From Gemmatimonadales bacterium (GTDB lineage Bacteria > Gemmatimonadota > Gemmatimonadetes > Gemmatimonadales > GWC2-71-9): a stretch of DNA of 64,000 bases. Under the pieces are notes generated by a model that was not told the origin of the DNA, did not search any database, and saw only the letters and a program-made list of their open reading frames with translations. A program made the translations under genes and the position numbers. The stretch covers positions 4,451-68,450 of the forward strand of contig JBFXAY010000008.1 in the NCBI GenBank assembly GCA_050183815.1, written 5' to 3'. Shown piece by piece: positions 62,557 through 64,000 of this stretch; the first letter of the stretch is position 1; each line of letters starts with the position of its first letter.

Positions 62557-63978
62557 CTACCGGGTCCGCTCGAGCTTCTCCCGCCGCCGCCGGAGGGCCT
62601 CGGCGCCGGCCACCGCGGCGAGCCAAATGCATGCAATTCCGAAGATTAGGCCCATCGCCCTGGGCAAGATAAAAAACAGGACCCCGATGGCCGCGAGACC
62701 CGCAGCCAGGGGCCCAAACACCGCCACCCGGGCCCCCGCCACCAAGGTCCGGACGGCCAGAACCGACCGCCCCCGCCGCTCCCGAAGTCCCTGCCGATGG
62801 CGCGCCACCGAGGTCTCCGGAGCCTGGATCCTGAGGACCGGAGGCAGGGCCTGGCGGAGCCGGGCCGGCATCCGGCTCGGCCGAGTCGAGACCTCCGCCG
62901 ATTCGTCGAGATCCCGGCGATACTGCGCCTCCATCCGGGCCCCCAGCTCCTCGTCCTCCACCAGGACATCGAGTTCGTAGTTGGCCACCAGACTCGAATG
63001 GTTCAGGTTGCTCGACCCGATCCGGACCCAGCGGCCGTCGGCCACCACCGTCTTGGCATGGAGCATCGGGCCGGCCCATTCGAAGATCCGAACCCCTGCG
63101 GCGAGGAGATCCCGATATCCGATCCGGGTCAGATTCCGGACCAGGGCGATATCGCTGCTGCCGGGCACCAGCAGCCGGACATCCACCCCTTCTGCCGCGG
63201 CGTCGAGGAGGTAGCGGAAGAGCCGCCGCGGCGCGACGAGGTACGCATCCGTCACCCAGACGCGCTGGCCGGCGGACGCCAGCAGCAGTTCCGACACCCG
63301 GTAGGCCCGCTCCCGCGCCGGCTCGCCGGCCAGGACGCGCACCGACGCGGTGCCGGCGGCGGGAACATCGCCCGCGAGCTCGTCGGGCGGCAACGCTTCC
63401 CCGCTTTCCGCCCAGGTGGTGGCGAACGCCCGGTCGAGGGCACCCGCCGCCGGCCCCTCCACCAGGACGGCCGTATCCCGCCACGGCAGCCGGCCGGCCA
63501 CGGGATCGCCGGCCCACTCGTCGCCGATGCAGATCCCGCCCAGCACGGCGCGGCAGCCGTCCGCCACGACGAGCTTGCGGTGGTTGCGACTGAGCACCGA
63601 CGGCAGGTCGAAGAGCGCCGGCCGGTTGAACCGGTGCACGGCGACCCCCGCGTGAACCAGATCGCGCCAGAGCCGGCGGCGGGTCCCGTAGCTGCCGAGC
63701 CAGTCCACCGACAGGCGGACTCGCACCCCGGCCTGCGCCCGCGCCATCAGCGCCTCGGCGAACCGGCGGCCGGTCCGATCGTCCCGAAAGATGTAATTGT
63801 CGAAATGGATCCACCGCTCGGCCCGGGCGAGCAGATCGAGCATCTGCTCGAACGCCGCCGGCCCATCGAAGAGGAGCTCGACCCGGTTCCCCGGAATCGG
63901 CCGGCTCCCGGCCGCTCGATCGATCGCCCGCTCGACGGCATCCTGAGCCAGCCGATGAGGGCGACCGGACCCCGTCAC
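62557..63978 (-). CDS. Phospholipase D / cardiolipin synthase-like protein with C-terminal TM anchor
   Basis: Two HKD motifs (HRKLVVAD and HAKTVVADGRWVRIGSSNL) and two C-terminal hydrophobic helices. GTG 63978. Confidence 0.85.
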   Translation of the reverse strand: MTGSGRPHRLAQDAVERAIDRAAGSRPIPGNRVELLFDGPAAFEQMLDLLARAERWIHFDNYIFRDDRTGRRFAEALMARAQAGVRVRLSVDWLGSYGTRRRLWRDLVHAGVAVHRFNRPALFDLPSVLSRNHRKLVVADGCRAVLGGICIGDEWAGDPVAGRLPWRDTAVLVEGPAAGALDRAFATTWAESGEALPPDELAGDVPAAGTASVRVLAGEPARERAYRVSELLLASAGQRVWVTDAYLVAPRRLFRYLLDAAAEGVDVRLLVPGSSDIALVRNLTRIGYRDLLAAGVRIFEWAGPMLHAKTVVADGRWVRIGSSNLNHSSLVANYELDVLVEDEELGARMEAQYRRDLDESAEVSTRPSRMPARLRQALPPVLRIQAPETSVARHRQGLRERRGRSVLAVRTLVAGARVAVFGPLAAGLAAIGVLFFILPRAMGLIFGIACIWLAAVAGAEALRRRREKLERTR

Positions 63979-64000
63979 GCGGAGCCGAGACCGAGCAAGC

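Noticed and set aside
1-64000. Scan for CRISPR arrays, IS/transposase or integrase genes, prophage genes, toxin-antitoxin pairs, reverse transcriptases, and rRNA or tRNA genes
   Set aside because: None was seen. There are no regularly spaced direct repeats, no recombinase-like ORFs, no intergenic region with tRNA-like structure, and no compositional break apart from short AT-rich promoter spots.

Overview
High-GC bacterial chromosomal segment (roughly 70% GC by eye, not computed) that is almost fully coding. I support 65 protein-coding genes, one of them truncated at the left edge and missing from the ORF track. I found no rRNA, tRNA, CRISPR array, transposase, integrase or phage genes, so this looks like core or envelope-related chromosome rather than a mobile island. 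The gene content suggests a soil Gemmatimonadota- or Acidobacteriota-like organism, but that is inference only: an ADOP duplicated orphan permease, carboxypeptidase-regulatory-like proteins, many secreted peptidases, a PQQ quinohemoprotein dehydrogenase and four ECF sigma factors in 64 kb. Clear housekeeping genes are leuS, fabH, selO and yggX. Many neighbouring genes are chained by 1-4 nt start/stop overlaps (ATGA, GTGA, TGATG), which defines operons well. The many long ORFs on opposite strands or alternative frames are the usual high-GC artefacts and I rejected them. The best candidates for something undescribed are listed here. (1) An overlapped cupin / rhomboid / ECF sigma / tail-anchored Ser-Thr kinase cassette (33736..36623). 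(2) A translationally coupled pair of uncharacterised His-motif membrane proteins, one with a predicted mature N-terminal histidine (7673..10418). (3) A CnrYXH-like ECF / anti-sigma / LTXXQ sensor module chained in one seven-gene operon to TolC and a split MacAB pump (56416..62516), with a paralogous module at 18280..20685. (4) A secreted DinB-fusion gene coupled to a tandem retropepsin-like protein with degenerate active sites (45460..48987). (5) A PQQ quinohemoprotein dehydrogenase coupled by ATGA to an Ntn acylase. At the DNA level, CTAGnnT/TAnnnT -10-like hexamers recur 5-8 nt upstream of SD-less start codons, which suggests leaderless mRNAs. An identical 16-nt element also sits upstream of two zinc-peptidase genes. 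All functional calls come from motif recognition by eye; no database search was run.
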